A stretch of DNA of 63,758 bases, filler included, from Thraustochytrium aureum (taxonomy: Eukaryota), in NCBI GenBank assembly GCA_012862495.1. It is 7 parts of 6 records of this genome, joined end to end, with 100 filler letters (N's around TTAATTAATTAA, not from the genome) between each part and the next. Parts side by side here need not be neighbours in the genome. Positions count along the whole stretch, not along the records: positions 47,022 to 54,550 come from BLSG01000033.1; positions 54,651 to 62,563 come from BLSG01000034.1; positions 62,664 to 63,758 come from BLSG01000040.1; 4 more parts are not named here. One strand, 5' to 3'. Shown piece by piece: positions 54,015 through 63,758 of the stretch (positions are counted from its first letter, which is position 1; every line of letters starts with the position of its first letter). A program made the position numbers and the translations under genes. A model generated the notes under the pieces. It was given only the letters and a program-made list of their open reading frames with translations. It was not told the DNA's origin and did no database searches.

Positions 54015-54550
54015 ATGCTTGGCTCAAGGGCACAGACCTTGCGCTTGTTCTCAGATCACAGCGAGGCCCCGACCGTCGGGCTGAAGCGAGGGACAAATGT
54101 ATCCGACTTTGGCCGCGAGCTCTTCGATGGCGTGGACGCCTCTACCGGAATCTGGAAGCTCGACTACCTCCCAAATGCACACAACATGTACCTCAACACG
54201 ACCATCCCGACACACTTGGACGCCAGCAGCTGGCGGAGTTTCGCTGGGTCCATCAAGGCGGCGGTGGACTTCCTTAACGCGTTCGTGTTGAAACCGGTCT
54301 TCCAGTCGAACAACCAGCGCGAGTTTGCCACCAAGATGGCCGCCATGGCCGCGGCCTGCAACAACCCGTTCCCGCTAAAGTACGTGTACTACGTCGTAGT
54401 CTCCAGGGCGGCTCGGTTCGGGGAGCAGGACTACCGACCAAGCGAGGTCCTCCTCTTCTTCAACAGACACAGCAACGAAGGATTCCACAAAGTGGAAGGC
54501 AGAGTGCGGCTTTTCTTCACCATCGACGCAGGGAGGACGCTCAGCGAGCG
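54015..54550 (+). CDS. Hypothetical protein, 3' partial, in the virus-like cluster
   Basis: ATG 26 bp after the preceding stop; a globular-looking frame of about 178 codons open to the scaffold end. Confidence 0.6.
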
Positions 54551-54650
54551 NNNNNNNNNNNNNNNNNNNNNNNNNNNNNNNNNNNNNNNNNNNNTTAATT
54601 AATTAANNNNNNNNNNNNNNNNNNNNNNNNNNNNNNNNNNNNNNNNNNNN
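54551..54650. other. Artificial scaffold linker
   Basis: 44 N + TTAATTAATTAA + 44 N. Confidence 0.97.
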
Positions 54651-54731
54651 CTCGATGATGACGCTGCAACGCCATGCCCGCACTGCAACGCGTTCGGCCC
54701 AGTTCGGCCCCTGGCGAGCTGGCAAGAGCGC

Positions 54732-55291
54732 TCAGACGAGGTCCCCCGCCTCAGACGAGGCCGCCGCCGCCGCCTTGGCGCCTGTCAGCGCCGCGAGCCA
54801 ACGACGCTGCTCGCGCTCGCTGCCGCACTGAATGTGCAGGCCTTCGGGCACGGAGGCCGAGCGGATCGTAAAGCAGTGGTCGCGCTCGCGCAAGGACGCC
54901 ACGCCAACCTGCGTCTCCGCGCAGAGGAGCACCGAGCCTTGTGGCGTCGACTGGCGCTGCGACTTGTACCAGAGGAGCTGCGAGCCCTGCAGGACAAACC
55001 AGCGCTCGCGCCAGTTCTTGCCCGACTTGATGGCGCGCTTCTTCAAGTAGCCCTGCCGCAGCACGGGCTCCGTGCTCTCGAGCCGGACCGCGCGCCCGAC
55101 CGCCATCACCTCGGCTACCGTGAGCGGCGCCTTGAGCGCGCGCGCCCAGGGCCCCGCCCGCCCGAGAATGTCCGTGAACGACCAGGCCTCGTCCTCATCG
55201 GGGCCGCCCTCCATCGCGGCGCCCTGCTCGCCGTTCGCGCCGACCACCACAAACGACTTGTCGTCGCCAAGCCCCGCGCGAGAGGCCCTCC
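54732..55291 (-). CDS. PH-domain-containing C-terminus, probably the tail of the adjacent myosin
   Basis: LRQGYLKKRAIKSGKNWRERWFVLQGSQLLWYK..HCFTI..SEREQRRWLAAL is a canonical PH domain; same strand as the myosin and downstream of it across a gap. Confidence 0.85.
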
Positions 55292-55484
55292 NNNNNNNNN
55301 NNNNNNNNNNNNNNNNNNNNNNNNNNNNNNNNNNNNNNNNNNNNNNNNNNNNNNNNNNNNNNNNNNNNNNNNNNNNNNNNNNNNNNNNNNNNNNNNNNNN
55401 NNNNNNNNNNNNNNNNNNNNNNNNNNNNNNNNNNNNNNNNNNNNNNNNNNNNNNNNNNNNNNNNNNNNNNNNNNNNNNNNNNNN

Positions 55485-57692
55485 GCGCGCCCGTGGCCCG
55501 CCGCGGCTCCCCAGCGGGAAAGAGTTGCTCGCGAAGGAACGCGTTGCCGGTCGCCTTTGCCACCAGCAGGTCCTTCAGGTCGCCCTGCAACGCGTCGTTG
55601 TTTTTCGACAGGAACCCCGCCGCCTTGTATTGCACGGGGCCAGCAAAGTGGCGCACGACAAAGCACAGGCGCTTGAAGCGGTCAGCGACATACCACTCCG
55701 AGCCCTCCAGCGCCAAGGCGGCCTGCGCCACAAAGTTGGCGTCAGTTGCCCGCTCGCCAAGGAGGCCCTGCTCCTCCAGCAAGGCAAACACGCTGGCTCG
55801 CGGCCCGTCCAACACATCGATCAGGGCTTGGTTCGACTTGAACCCAGCGCCTGCCCACGCAACGCCTTCGGACTCGTACCGCGCCCGCTCCAGCACAAAC
55901 ACGTGCTCGTTGAACAGGCGCTGCAAGACCTCGTTGGCATAGTTGACGCACAGCTGTTCGAACGAGTTTTCCTCGAGGATCTCAAACCCAAAAATGTCCA
56001 AGATCCCCATCCATCGGGCGCTCGACTCTGGTTCGCCCGAGGCCCCGTTGATTCGCTCCACGAGCCACTCGAACAGACGAGCGTACACCGTCTTGGCGAG
56101 CGCATTGCGCGAGTGCTCCGCCTCGCGCTTGCTCAGGTGGACCGTGACCACGGAGGACTTGCCGCCAATCGTGCGTGTCAGGAGGGTCTTGGACAAGTCA
56201 CCAAGGCCCAGTCCGAGCAGCTCTGAGGCCTTGTCTAGCGCAAACTTGCACGTCGTGCTGCCAAGGTCGAGCTCGGCGGGCTCGTCTGTGCTCGTTGCCG
56301 CCACAAACGAGACGTTGCCGAGGTGGAGCACGCCCGCCAGTACCTGCCAAATCGCCCCAATCTCAGCCTCGTTCATTCCGATGGCCTGCAGGGCCTCCAC
56401 GGTGCACACAAAGTCGTCGAGCTCCTCCTCCGCATCTCGGACAATGTGGCCCGGCCGCAGCAGCGCAAACTCCCCAGCGTGTTGCACACCAAGGTGAGCG
56501 AACCGCTCATTGCCCGCGAGGCCAGCACAGAGTTGGTAAAAGATGTGGTAGTTGCGCTCGTGCTCGGCGTGGTGCACGATCCGGCTCTTCTCCAGCAGAA
56601 AGTGCTGTACGAGCGCTCCCGTCATGCCACCGCTGGCGCTGAACCCAAGCTTGGTGTACTTGCCAAACCTGGACGAGTTGTCGTTGCGAATCGTTATTGC
56701 GTTTCCAAACGCTTCGAGGATTGGGCTGCTCTGCATCACGGCGGTTTCGACTTGAGCAGTCGCTTTGTCATGCTCTGCAGTGGTCTCGCTCCTCCAGCTC
56801 AGGTACCGAAGGACGAGCTTGGCTGCTTCCGTCTTGCCTGCCCCAGACTCGCCATTGATCAGTATCGCCTGTTGCTCGCCCGAAGCAAGCATCGCTTCGC
56901 GGCACCGCTCTGCGACCATGAAGATGTGCGGCTTGGCAGCCTCTGCACCGAGCGATTGGCCTTGCTCCATGCAGATCGGGGGCCGAGCATACAGACCTTG
57001 GATCTCTCGATTGGGATTTACGGAGATCAGCACATCTCCGCTCAACGTGTATATATCGTCTTGCTCGTACCTGCGGCGAAGAAGTTCAACTAGGGCGGGC
57101 TCGTGCAGGTTGTTCATGTCGGCGGCGTTCTCAAAGTCCTCCATGTGCTGCTCGTCAAAAGGAAATGTATCCTCCATCGCAAGCGTCTCGACAGAGTACC
57201 CCGCGACGTGCTCCGCCCCGTCCTTGGATTCCTCTTCAACTACAAGGCCGCCGCGCTGGTCGTCACTGCTCTTGCGCCCGTCCTGTGCGGCATCGTTTGC
57301 GTCGCTAAGAACGACGGTGATCAGCGAGTGGTCTTTCGAGATGGACAGGACGTGCGCGAGCTTGGCGCACCGCGTCCGATCATTCTTCGTCCACACCCAC
57401 ACCTGCTGGGGCGCTTCGCCGCTCTCGTCGATGCCAAACTCGTCGGAAATTTCGCAAAATCNNNNNNNNNNNNNNNNNNNNNNNNNNNNNNNNNNNNNNN
57501 NNNNNNNNNNNNNNNNNNNNNNNNNNNNNNNNNNNNNNNNNNNNNNNNNNNNNNNNNNNNNNNNNNNNNNNNNNNNNNNNNNNNNNNNNNNNNCTCGTCG
57601 ATGCCAAACTCGTCGGAAATTTCGCAAAATCCTTCGCTGCGATAGCTCGTCGGGGCCATCGGCGCTCCGGCTGGGGTCGCTGCCATCTTCAT
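55485..57692 (-). CDS. Myosin heavy chain, N-terminal and motor region (partial)
   Basis: LHEPALV, IYTLSGDVLISVNP, P-loop GESGAGKTE, switch I EAFGNA..NDNSSRFGKY, LLEKSR, ERNYHIFY, switch II GILDIFGFE, NSFEQLCVNYANE and HFAGPVQY. Confidence 0.95.
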
Positions 57693-58195
57693 CGAAGGCG
57701 TCGCTGGCCTCTGTGGTTGGCCTCCCGGTCGTGCGCGTCGCGCTGTCGTGCAAAACAGCCTGATTCCCGGCTTGGCGTTGTTTGTGCTGTTGGTGCCGTT
57801 GGAGTTTGCTGCTGCGGAGCAGTGCCTGCCTAGTTCGCGGTCTGCAGCTGGTGCTGCTGGTGGAGAGTGCGTCTGTCGCCTGTGATCAACGGTACCAACG
57901 GCACTTTTTTCGAGGTTGCAGGCCCGGAAGGCGCGCGACGCCAGCAAGCATCCGCGTAATCCTCCTGCGTTTGTAGCAGCTGGCTGATCGGCCGAATAGC
58001 GCAGGCCAGACCAGGCGGTGTTTCCTGCCGCGTTCACTGGGAGAGGTGGGGGTGGCGCGACAGCGCGCTCGAGCGCCGCGACCCCAAGCAAGCTTACTGC
58101 CCTGCCCGCCTCGACCTCACAAGCACGCCGCGAGGCACCGCAACAGGCGCAAGCCTGCTAGACGGTGGCTTGTGCGAGGCCGAAGGCGAGGAAAC

Positions 58196-58726
58196 ATGTT
58201 CGAGGTGTCAGGTTCGAGCATGTCGCGCCCAAGCTCTGGCCTTGTCCAAGGGCTACCGTCTCGGACGGCCAGGCGCACCAGCTCGCAGACCAGCATATCC
58301 CGGCCGCAGTCGTTCGCCGACCAACGACCGCTAAAGTCAGTTGGCAAGGACTGGAAGCGAGCGCATGCAGAGCTGCAGCAACAGGACGAGGAGCGGCGCC
58401 GCGAAAGCAAGTTTGCGGGCGACGAGTGCAAGCAGAGCGCAGAATCCAAGAGCAACGGGAACACAAGTGCTCCAAAGGCACTCCGCGTGCGCCGCGCAAA
58501 GGCGTGGGACAACCAGGTAGAAGAGAATTACAGGCTCCAGATCGCCGGCTGGAAAGACATCCACGAGTATGTCGCAGCCTACGGAGAACCGGAGCGATGG
58601 GCGGAGAACGGCTACCTCAAGTGCCTGCGCGTCAAGAAGAACGGCTACTACACCTACTGGCGCTCGTACCGCGAGGCCGAGGACAAGTTTGTGCACCAAG
58701 TCAAGCTCTACGAGTACGAAAGCTAG
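58196..58726 (+). CDS. MEIG1: MEIG1 (meiosis-expressed gene 1) domain protein with an N-terminal extension
   Basis: RAKAWDNQVEENYRLQIAGWKDIHEY..ERWAENGYLKCL..YW...RE.EDKFVHQVKLYEY matches the MEIG1 family pattern. Confidence 0.88.
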   Translation: MFEVSGSSMSRPSSGLVQGLPSRTARRTSSQTSISRPQSFADQRPLKSVGKDWKRAHAELQQQDEERRRESKFAGDECKQSAESKSNGNTSAPKALRVRRAKAWDNQVEENYRLQIAGWKDIHEYVAAYGEPERWAENGYLKCLRVKKNGYYTYWRSYREAEDKFVHQVKLYEYES

Positions 58727-58817
58727 CGCGGTGCCGCCGGCGGGGAAGCAGCGGCCGGGCCAGCCCCCTAGCAAATCAGGAAGAAACAAAACGAGAAAGG
58801 GCATGTCACCAGCGGAA

Positions 58818-59784
58818 CTAGGCGAGCGAGTACTTTTCGTAGAGCTGCGCGTACTTTGAGCGCATTGCAGATTCTTCGTCGTCGTTCTGCGAGTCAAACA
58901 GGCTGTTGTCCAGGGCGTAGTCGTCTTGGCCGGCTCCGCCAGAGCCGAACTCGTCTCGATTCTCGCGCAGACGGTGCCCAGGCTCGCCGACCGTCTCCCC
59001 GAAGCGATAGACCGACTGCGAGCTGTACACATCATCCAAAGACCCGTACTTGCTCTCGTCGACACCGTTCTCGTTGTACTTGTCGAGACCTCGCGCGCTC
59101 CCTGGCGCCGGGAACCGGGCGGAATCCCTTGTAACTGAATCACTTCGGCCGCCATGGCCGGGGCGCGTCAGTCTCCCACCGCCGGAACGGGAGCCGCGCG
59201 GCGAGCCGATTGGGGCAAATGCGCTGAGAAGAGTTGCATACGCCCGGCGCGCGAGGCAGAGGTCGAGTGCCAAGATCAAGCCCACCAGCCCAATCAGGAC
59301 GCCGCTCGTGCGGGTGATCGACTCTGCGAGCGGTTGATTTGGGATACTGATGCTAGACCAGGCGACCACTTGGTGACTCAACAGCAGGAAGAGAACCGCA
59401 AAGCCAAAGCTCACCACGCAAAGTGCGCGCGTCTTAACGCGAGTCAGCAAGTGCGGACGCGAGAACGGGGCAAAGGGCAGGCCGGGCCAGGCCAGCTGCA
59501 ACGCGGACGGGGCGCCTCCGGCGCGGGACGATATCCAACTTACTCCGACAATAAAGATGAGCATAAACCGGCGGCTCTGGCGCGGCAGGCAGACAGTTGC
59601 CATGGCAGAGAGGATGCCTGCGCAAGCGCCGATTCCAACGAGCGCCCAGTGCAGCAACACCGCGCCCTCTACGGAAACCCAAATATAGACCCCGAATGTG
59701 ACCAGGACCACCGAGCACATCCCGAGGAGTGCCGTCCCAGCCCTGAGCCCGAAGTCGACGGCCTCGTCCGCGACCTGTTCGCTG
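58818..59784 (-). CDS. Four-TM tetraspanin-like membrane protein, 5' partial, with a probable intron at 59433-59543
   Basis: Four hydrophobic segments and a tail ending MRSKYAQLYEKYSL. A GTAAGT donor, GCTGAC branch site and TTAAG acceptor bracket a 111-nt insert inside TM3. Confidence 0.6.
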
Positions 59785-60841
59785 NNNNNNNNNNNNNNNN
59801 NNNNNNNNNNNNNNNNNNNNNNNNNNNNNNNNNNNNNNNNNNNNNNNNNNNNNNNNNNNNNNNNNNNNNNNNNNNNNNNNNNNNNNNNNNNNNNNNNNNN
59901 NNNNNNNNNNNNNNNNNNNNNNNNNNNNNNNNNNNNNNNNNNNNNNNNNNNNNNNNNNNNNNNNNNNNNNNNNNNNNNNNNNNNNNNNNNNNNNNNNNNN
60001 NNNNNNNNNNNNNNNNNNNNNNNNNNNNNNNNNNNNNNNNNNNNNNNNNNNNNNNNNNNNNNNNNNNNNNNNNNNNNNNNNNNNNNNNNNNNNNNNNNNN
60101 NNNNNNNNNNNNNNNNNNNNNNNNNNNNNNNNNNNNNNNNNNNNNNNNNNNNNNNNNNNNNNNNNNNNNNNNNNNNNNNNNNNNNNNNNNNNNNNNNNNN
60201 NNNNNNNNNNNNNNNNNNNNNNNNNNNNNNNNNNNNNNNNNNNNNNNNNNNNNNNNNNNNNNNNNNNNNNNNNNNNNNNNNNNCGAGCCGAGTGCGGCGG
60301 CAGAGACGAAGGGCGCCGGCGAGGCCGCCAACGCAGGGGACCTGGCGGCTCGACGGCAGGCAAGACCGGTCGGGGCGCGCCACGGAGCAGAGGAGCGGAC
60401 GGGGCGGCGACGGCCTGGCAAAGCCCAGCGCTATGGCCAACGCCAGCGAGGAGGACGAGCCAGACCTTGCTGGGACCGTGCCAAACGGTCCCGCTGGCAA
60501 TGGGGCGCAAGCCGCTGGCCCGTCGCGATCCGATGGGGCTGGCAAGGCAGCGATGAATTCGGCGAGCGCGCAGCGGGCGCAAGATACGAGAAAAGAGCCT
60601 CTGCCGCCCGCCAAGGGATCCGAGAAAAGAGCAGAGTCCCACCGAGCCGGGCACCTTGGTCTCGCCTCGACCGACGCCAGCGCGGCAGGAGAGCACAGCG
60701 ATGCGGGCTCAACGGAGGATGATGTTGACCTGAACCGCGCAGGCCCAGCGGCTGGGAAAAACGACCCGCTCCACAGCGAGCCCGGCCAAGGCCAAGCCCG
60801 GCAAAGGCCCCACGAAAGGCACGCCAAAGCCAGCCGAAGCA

Positions 60842-62425
60842 ATGTCGACGCTGTCATCGCCCTCGACGACAGCCTCCAACGCCAAGGGCGACAACGACGA
60901 AGGGAGCGAGCAAGAGGAGCAGCCCGAGACAGCTTTGGTGTTTCGCGACGGGAAGGAGCAGACGATCATTGCCTCAGACGCAGAACTCTCTCGGCGGCCC
61001 AACTTTTTGTACTACAAGTGCGACATCTGCGAGGTGTACCCAATTCGGTCTTTCCGATGGGAATGCCTCGCCTGCGAAGACTTTGACATGTGCGACAAGT
61101 GCTATTCCAAAGGGTCGCAGCACGACGTTGGGCACGACTTGGTCAGGTTTCCCGTCGAGATGGGTGGCGCTCTCGAAGAGGAGCGGCGAGGACCCACGCT
61201 GACGCATACGACGATCAACCGGCTCGCAGCGGCCGAGGGGGCGCTGCGGAGCGTCACCACGCTGCGATTGGCGCTGGAGTCGCTCGAGATGCCCGCGCCG
61301 GTGCGCCGGTTTGGAACCAAGAAGGCCGAAATGTGCATGAGGATCTTTGAGTCCGGCATCGATGTTTTCGAGGTCACGGTTGACGAGGGCAAGCTGCCCT
61401 CAGGGAACGTGCCCGTGCCCCTGCGGCGCATGTACATGCGAAATGCGCTCTTGCTTTCTGAGGTGCTGCAACAGCTCGACCACGAGCCCTCTGCACAAGA
61501 GGAGGACCCTGGCCTCCCCTTTGGCAACGACGAAATGCGCTCCGTTTTCCTCGGCATGCTCGCGCAAATCAAGTATCGCGACGATGACCTCTACGGTTGG
61601 TTTAGCGAGCCCGTGTCCAAGTCGGTGCCTCGTTACTATGCCACGGTCAAGCACCCAAGCGATATCGGCACCCTCGAGCGGCGCGTCCGAGAAGGCTTGC
61701 TCGGGGTGCAATCCAAGGCCACGAGCAGGACGGAAACGTCCAAGTCGGAGGCTGTGCGGCAGCTCCGCAAGTTTGCGCGGCTTTTAGAGCTCGTGTGGAC
61801 CAACGCCATCGGGTTTAACCCAGAGGTCCACCCGATCCACGAGGCCGCGGTCGAGCTCAACGGAATGGTAAGCAAGTGCTTTTTCAACCTTGTCAAGCTC
61901 TGGCCCGAGACGCGCGCCGCGTTCACCCCGGAGCACAATTTTCCGTGGAAATCGGTCAAGTACGCTGAGCTCTGCCACTCCAAAGCAGACACGCCAAACA
62001 GCAGAAAGCGCAAGTCGATGGCGTCGGATGCGGGCACGCCGACGTCTCAGCAATCAGGTCGGCCCAAGCGCTCGGCTGCACTGCCACCAGTGGGGGCTGC
62101 GGTTTTGGGCATGCCTTTGGGAGCGCCTCAAGCAGGCGCTGCCGGAAAGCTCAAGGTTCGCGTTTCGCAACTGAGCGCGCCAGCGTCAGGCAAGCCAACC
62201 CCAAAAGTCCGAGACCGCAAGATCTCGCCAAGTGGTTCGGTTGCCTCATCGCAGCACGGCTCTGTGATATCCTCCAACTCGACTGCATCGTCGGCCTCGT
62301 CGCACGTCGAGGCGTTCACGCAGCTGAACGTGGAAGTCAGTGCGCTGCGCAGCGACTTGGCTGCGCTAAACGCCAACATCGACAAGGCTGCCGCGCTGTT
62401 CGGCGTGTTTGGCGCCAACGCGTGA
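60842..62425 (+). CDS. ZZ-type zinc finger + bromodomain protein (N-terminus probably extends upstream via a frameshift into 60284-60860)
   Basis: ZZ: CDIC..PI...RWECLACEDFDMCDKCY....H...H. Bromodomain: WFSEPV....PRYYATVKHPSDIGTL..LVWTNAIGFN....IHEAA. Confidence 0.88.
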   Translation: MSTLSSPSTTASNAKGDNDEGSEQEEQPETALVFRDGKEQTIIASDAELSRRPNFLYYKCDICEVYPIRSFRWECLACEDFDMCDKCYSKGSQHDVGHDLVRFPVEMGGALEEERRGPTLTHTTINRLAAAEGALRSVTTLRLALESLEMPAPVRRFGTKKAEMCMRIFESGIDVFEVTVDEGKLPSGNVPVPLRRMYMRNALLLSEVLQQLDHEPSAQEEDPGLPFGNDEMRSVFLGMLAQIKYRDDDLYGWFSEPVSKSVPRYYATVKHPSDIGTLERRVREGLLGVQSKATSRTETSKSEAVRQLRKFARLLELVWTNAIGFNPEVHPIHEAAVELNGMVSKCFFNLVKLWPETRAAFTPEHNFPWKSVKYAELCHSKADTPNSRKRKSMASDAGTPTSQQSGRPKRSAALPPVGAAVLGMPLGAPQAGAAGKLKVRVSQLSAPASGKPTPKVRDRKISPSGSVASSQHGSVISSNSTASSASSHVEAFTQLNVEVSALRSDLAALNANIDKAAALFGVFGANA

Positions 62426-62563
62426 TGCGCTTCCGAGGTGCGCTCGCAACCGACCGCGGCGCAGCCCAGCATGCAAGCAGCTACTCTACCTTGATCAAGA
62501 ACAAACGAGGCATCAGGTCAGATCGATCTCCTTGCTCGGAACACAGGGGTTTGAGAAACCGGG

Positions 62564-62663
62564 NNNNNNNNNNNNNNNNNNNNNNNNNNNNNNNNNNNNN
62601 NNNNNNNTTAATTAATTAANNNNNNNNNNNNNNNNNNNNNNNNNNNNNNNNNNNNNNNNNNNN
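62564..62663. other. Artificial scaffold linker
   Basis: 44 N + TTAATTAATTAA + 44 N. Confidence 0.97.
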
Positions 62664-63457
62664 AACAACTTTGAGTTATCCCTTGGCACGAAAGTCATGG
62701 CAGCTTCAACAAGACCTCTGTCGTCTACCCTTGCCCCAATCTCGAGCAATTTAACCATGTATGCAATGAGAACGCGTTCTTGGTCCTCGTTGAGGAGGGG
62801 CTTCCGCCCCCGTCCTCCAGAAGTCTCTCCACTCGCACGTTTTGCGAGGGTTGTACGACCGATTTTGATGCCTGTGTCGCCTAGAGTCTTGGAAACTCTG
62901 GCATGGCTTCCGAACGACGCCATGAGAAACTCCACGACGCTGTTCTTCCTGAACGTCTTCTCCTCCTCTTCAAGCCTGGCAAAGTTGGAGGCGTTACGCT
63001 CAAGTCGCCCAACCAGGTCTTCCTTCTTGCGTTCGTACTGCTCCTCCTCGGTTTTGCTGCGTTCGAGGCGTGCAGAAAGGCGCTCGAGCTTCTCCCGGAG
63101 AACACGGTTGCGCTTCGACAGCACTTCCAGCTGCGCTAGCCGTTCGTTAGCTACCTGCGCCGTCTTGTACAGTCCGACAGCGAAATCGACGCAGGCGTCG
63201 TTGGTGGGCTTGTCGCACTTGTTTGGCTCATTCTTCGTGAGCCACGCCAACCGGCTGCGCACCAAGCTGCCAAGGCTCGTTGCGGTTTCCACTGTACCGT
63301 TCACAACCTTCAGCCTCGCTTTTCCGTCGGCTCCCACGGACACGACCGTCCGTTCGTAACCGTTGTGGAACACCAGCGCGCCCTCCACCAGCGCCGCCAA
63401 GCTCGCAAGCACCAGTTCGACGCCGTCCTGCGACCTGCAAGCCTCTGCCGCCTCCAT
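62664..63457 (-). CDS. pogo/Fot1-like transposase N-terminus (HTH_psq + CENP-B/Tc5-type HTH), 3' truncated
   Basis: IGRTTLAKR...GRKPLLNEDQERVLIAYMVKLLEIG......LVEAA matches the bipartite DNA-binding region of pogo-family transposases. The DDE domain is not in the window, and the 5' flank is AT-rich. Confidence 0.65.
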
Positions 63458-63758
63458 TGCTCCCGTTTGCTCCCGTGGCTGTGTTGTTGGTCTGCCACTG
63501 CCCTGTTGTGGTGATGATCGTAACAGATCGTCACAGGTTCGTGAATAAAGGAATTCTACGAGAATGCATTCCAAGCTCTTTCGTTTCCTAAGTCAAGGGT
63601 TACCCTCTATAAATTTAGGTTTGGTTAGAATTTTGTATTGCGCATTCCGCTATATTTTTTATCAAAAACACTAGTAACTCTGTCCATCATTATTTTAACG
63701 TGAGGCTGTATTTGTAACGTGGACTTTTCAGCCCTGTCTAACGATCGGTCAGCGGTGG

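Larger units (their letters stand above)
48825..54550 (+). mobile_element. Putative large-DNA-virus-derived segment (endogenous viral element or co-assembled virus)
   Basis: Three tightly packed co-oriented intronless ORFs with 37- and 26-bp spacers. One has an A16/G9/2L-type Cys domain. No host housekeeping gene is present, and AGG/AGA Arg codons are visibly common. Confidence 0.6.

Noticed and set aside
37429..54550. One composite element combining transposase, RT-YR and viral genes (for example a self-integrating virus)
   Set aside because: The three parts are separate scaffolds joined by artificial linkers; nothing in the sequence links them physically.

Overview
GC-rich, intron-poor eukaryotic DNA, most likely a flagellated protist such as a stramenopile (inference). 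The window is not one locus. Six artificial 100-bp linkers (44 N + TTAATTAATTAA + 44 N) join seven scaffolds: 1-12723, 12824-37328, 37429-42819, 42920-46921, 47022-54550, 54651-62563 and 62664-63758. Adjacency across linkers is therefore not evidence of linkage. Scaffolds 1, 2 and 6 carry host genes: BAP31-like, cytochrome c heme lyase, Amt transporter, GT61 glycosyltransferase, SNF2-RING ATPase, crotonase, ARPC1, coiled-coil proteins, a TmcB-like PAS membrane protein, a four-domain voltage-gated cation channel, myosin, MEIG1, a tetraspanin-like protein and a ZZ-bromodomain protein. Many are broken by single-base indels that look like sequencing errors. The four short scaffolds are mobile or foreign: a CMC/Plavaka-like DNA transposon, a tyrosine-recombinase (Ngaro/DIRS-like) retrotransposon with an atypical LLDD RT motif, the 5' part of a pogo-like transposase, and a compact co-oriented gene cluster. 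That cluster is the best candidate for something new. It encodes a homologue-like protein of the poxvirus A16/G9/J5 and iridovirus 2L entry-fusion family, which suggests a fragment of an undescribed endogenous or co-assembled large DNA virus. All family assignments come from motif recognition by eye; no database search was run.
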